Origin: an uncultured bacterium
GTDB lineage: Bacteria > Desulfobacterota_D > UBA1144 > Nemesobacterales > UBA2774
Assembly (NCBI GenBank): GCA_963825135.1
Contig: CAWGRW010000009.1
Span: 608,001-672,000, forward strand
Direction: 5' to 3'
Length of the DNA stretch: 64,000 nt
Shown here piece after piece: positions 63,082 to 64,000 of the stretch. Positions within the stretch are counted from its first letter, which is position 1. Each line of letters opens with the position of its first letter. Under the pieces are notes generated by a model that worked only from the letters and a program-made list of their open reading frames with translations, did not search any database and had not been told where the DNA came from. A program made the position numbers and the translations under genes.

Positions 63082-63156
63082 TGGAGGCGGCGCCCGGATT
63101 CGAACCGGGGCGTTGCGGTTTTGCAGACCGCTGCCTTACCACTTGGCTACGCCGCC
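63082..63156 (-). tRNA. tRNA-Cys(GCA)
   Basis: GGCGGCGTAGCCAAGTGGTAAGGCAGCGGTCTGCAAAACCGC...GGTTCGAATCC...TCCA. Confidence 0.97.
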
Positions 63157-63274
63157 TTTTATGCATCCACGACGGCCTGATTCCTACGAATAGACCGTCA
63201 TTTTCAGCAAGAAGCCCTAAATTATGAACGACATTTTAAGATTATCAAGCGAAAGGGCGTCCGGGCTCCGTGGA

Positions 63275-64000
63275 TCAGACACACATCTCCCCCTTGAATA
63301 CCGTCACCGCCTTGCCGACGAGCTTTACCCTGTCTCCCATCACGCGGACGCCTATAACTCCCCCGCGCAGGGACGCCTGGTACGCGAGGAATTCGGATTT
63401 GCCGAGCTTCTTCTCCCAATAGGGGCCGAGGCAGCAGTATGCGGAGCCCGTCGCGGGGTCTTCATCGATGCCAGACGCCGGGCCGAAGAAGCGGCATATG
63501 AAATCGTATTCTGGCAGGTCGGAAGCGGCCGTGACCATGACCCCCCTCACCGGGATAGTGCCGAGGAGCGCGAAGTCGGGCCTGAGCGCCCTCACCTCTT
63601 CTGCCGTCCCGGCCTCGACGAGATAATCGAACCTGTTTTTACCTATATATAAGGGCTTCACGCCGAGAGACTCGACCAGTGCCGGAGGAGCGTCCGCCTC
63701 CCGCTCCGGCTCGGACGGGAAGTCGAGCTCGATCATGTCTCCCCGCATTGCGGCGGTGAGCACGCCGCTCAGGGTCTGGAACTCGATCGCTTCGCCGCGT
63801 GAGACGCGCCCTGTTTCCCACAGTATATGCGCGCTCGCGAGCGTCGCGTGGCCGCAAAGCTCCACCTCGACCGTAGGGCGTGAACCAGCGAAGTTGTAAC
63901 CCCTTCTCATCCCTGTACAGAAAAGCTGTCTCGGAGACGTTCATATCCCGCGCAACGTTCTGCATCCACGCGGGCTCGGCCGGGCCGGGCATAATGCAAA
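63275..64000 (-). CDS. PhzF family isomerase (5' end outside the window; frameshift at ~63875-63900)
   Basis: MNVSETAF, LRWFTP, EVELCGHATLASAH, EDPATGSA. Confidence 0.9.

Overview
Bacterial chromosomal window. The gene content and the many IPTL-CTERM proteins suggest a deltaproteobacteria-like lineage such as Ca. Dadabacteria; this is inference, not tested. About 1-54 kb is mostly housekeeping: smc, secA, MoxR ATPase, folK/folD/thiD, tRNA(CAT), RNase HI, rnpB, tyrS, hpt, pepF, two sigma54-type signalling genes, nhaA, glcDEF, rplM-rpsI-ino1, queCE, methylmalonyl-CoA mutase, rimI, ispB, sbcC, cvpA and fbp. A dense DnaA-box cluster between folK and folD is an oriC candidate. About 54.1-63.2 kb is accessory. 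First, a 5.6-kb integrase-less island bounded by tRNA-Leu(TAA) and a duplicate of its 3' end carries six tandem IPTL-CTERM surface-protein genes. Their N-terminal domains are divergent or unrelated, but they are joined to near-identical DNA modules covering the sorting signal, the 3' flank and a repeated hairpin/sRNA-like unit with an anti-Shine-Dalgarno loop. This is the most novel-looking system here. Second, a decayed element between tRNA-Leu and tRNA-Cys holds an AT-rich HEPN gene, a broken VOC gene and a phage-type HTH replication gene with iterons. Several genes carry single-base frameshifts that look like sequencing or assembly errors. All family assignments come from motif recognition by eye; no searches were run.
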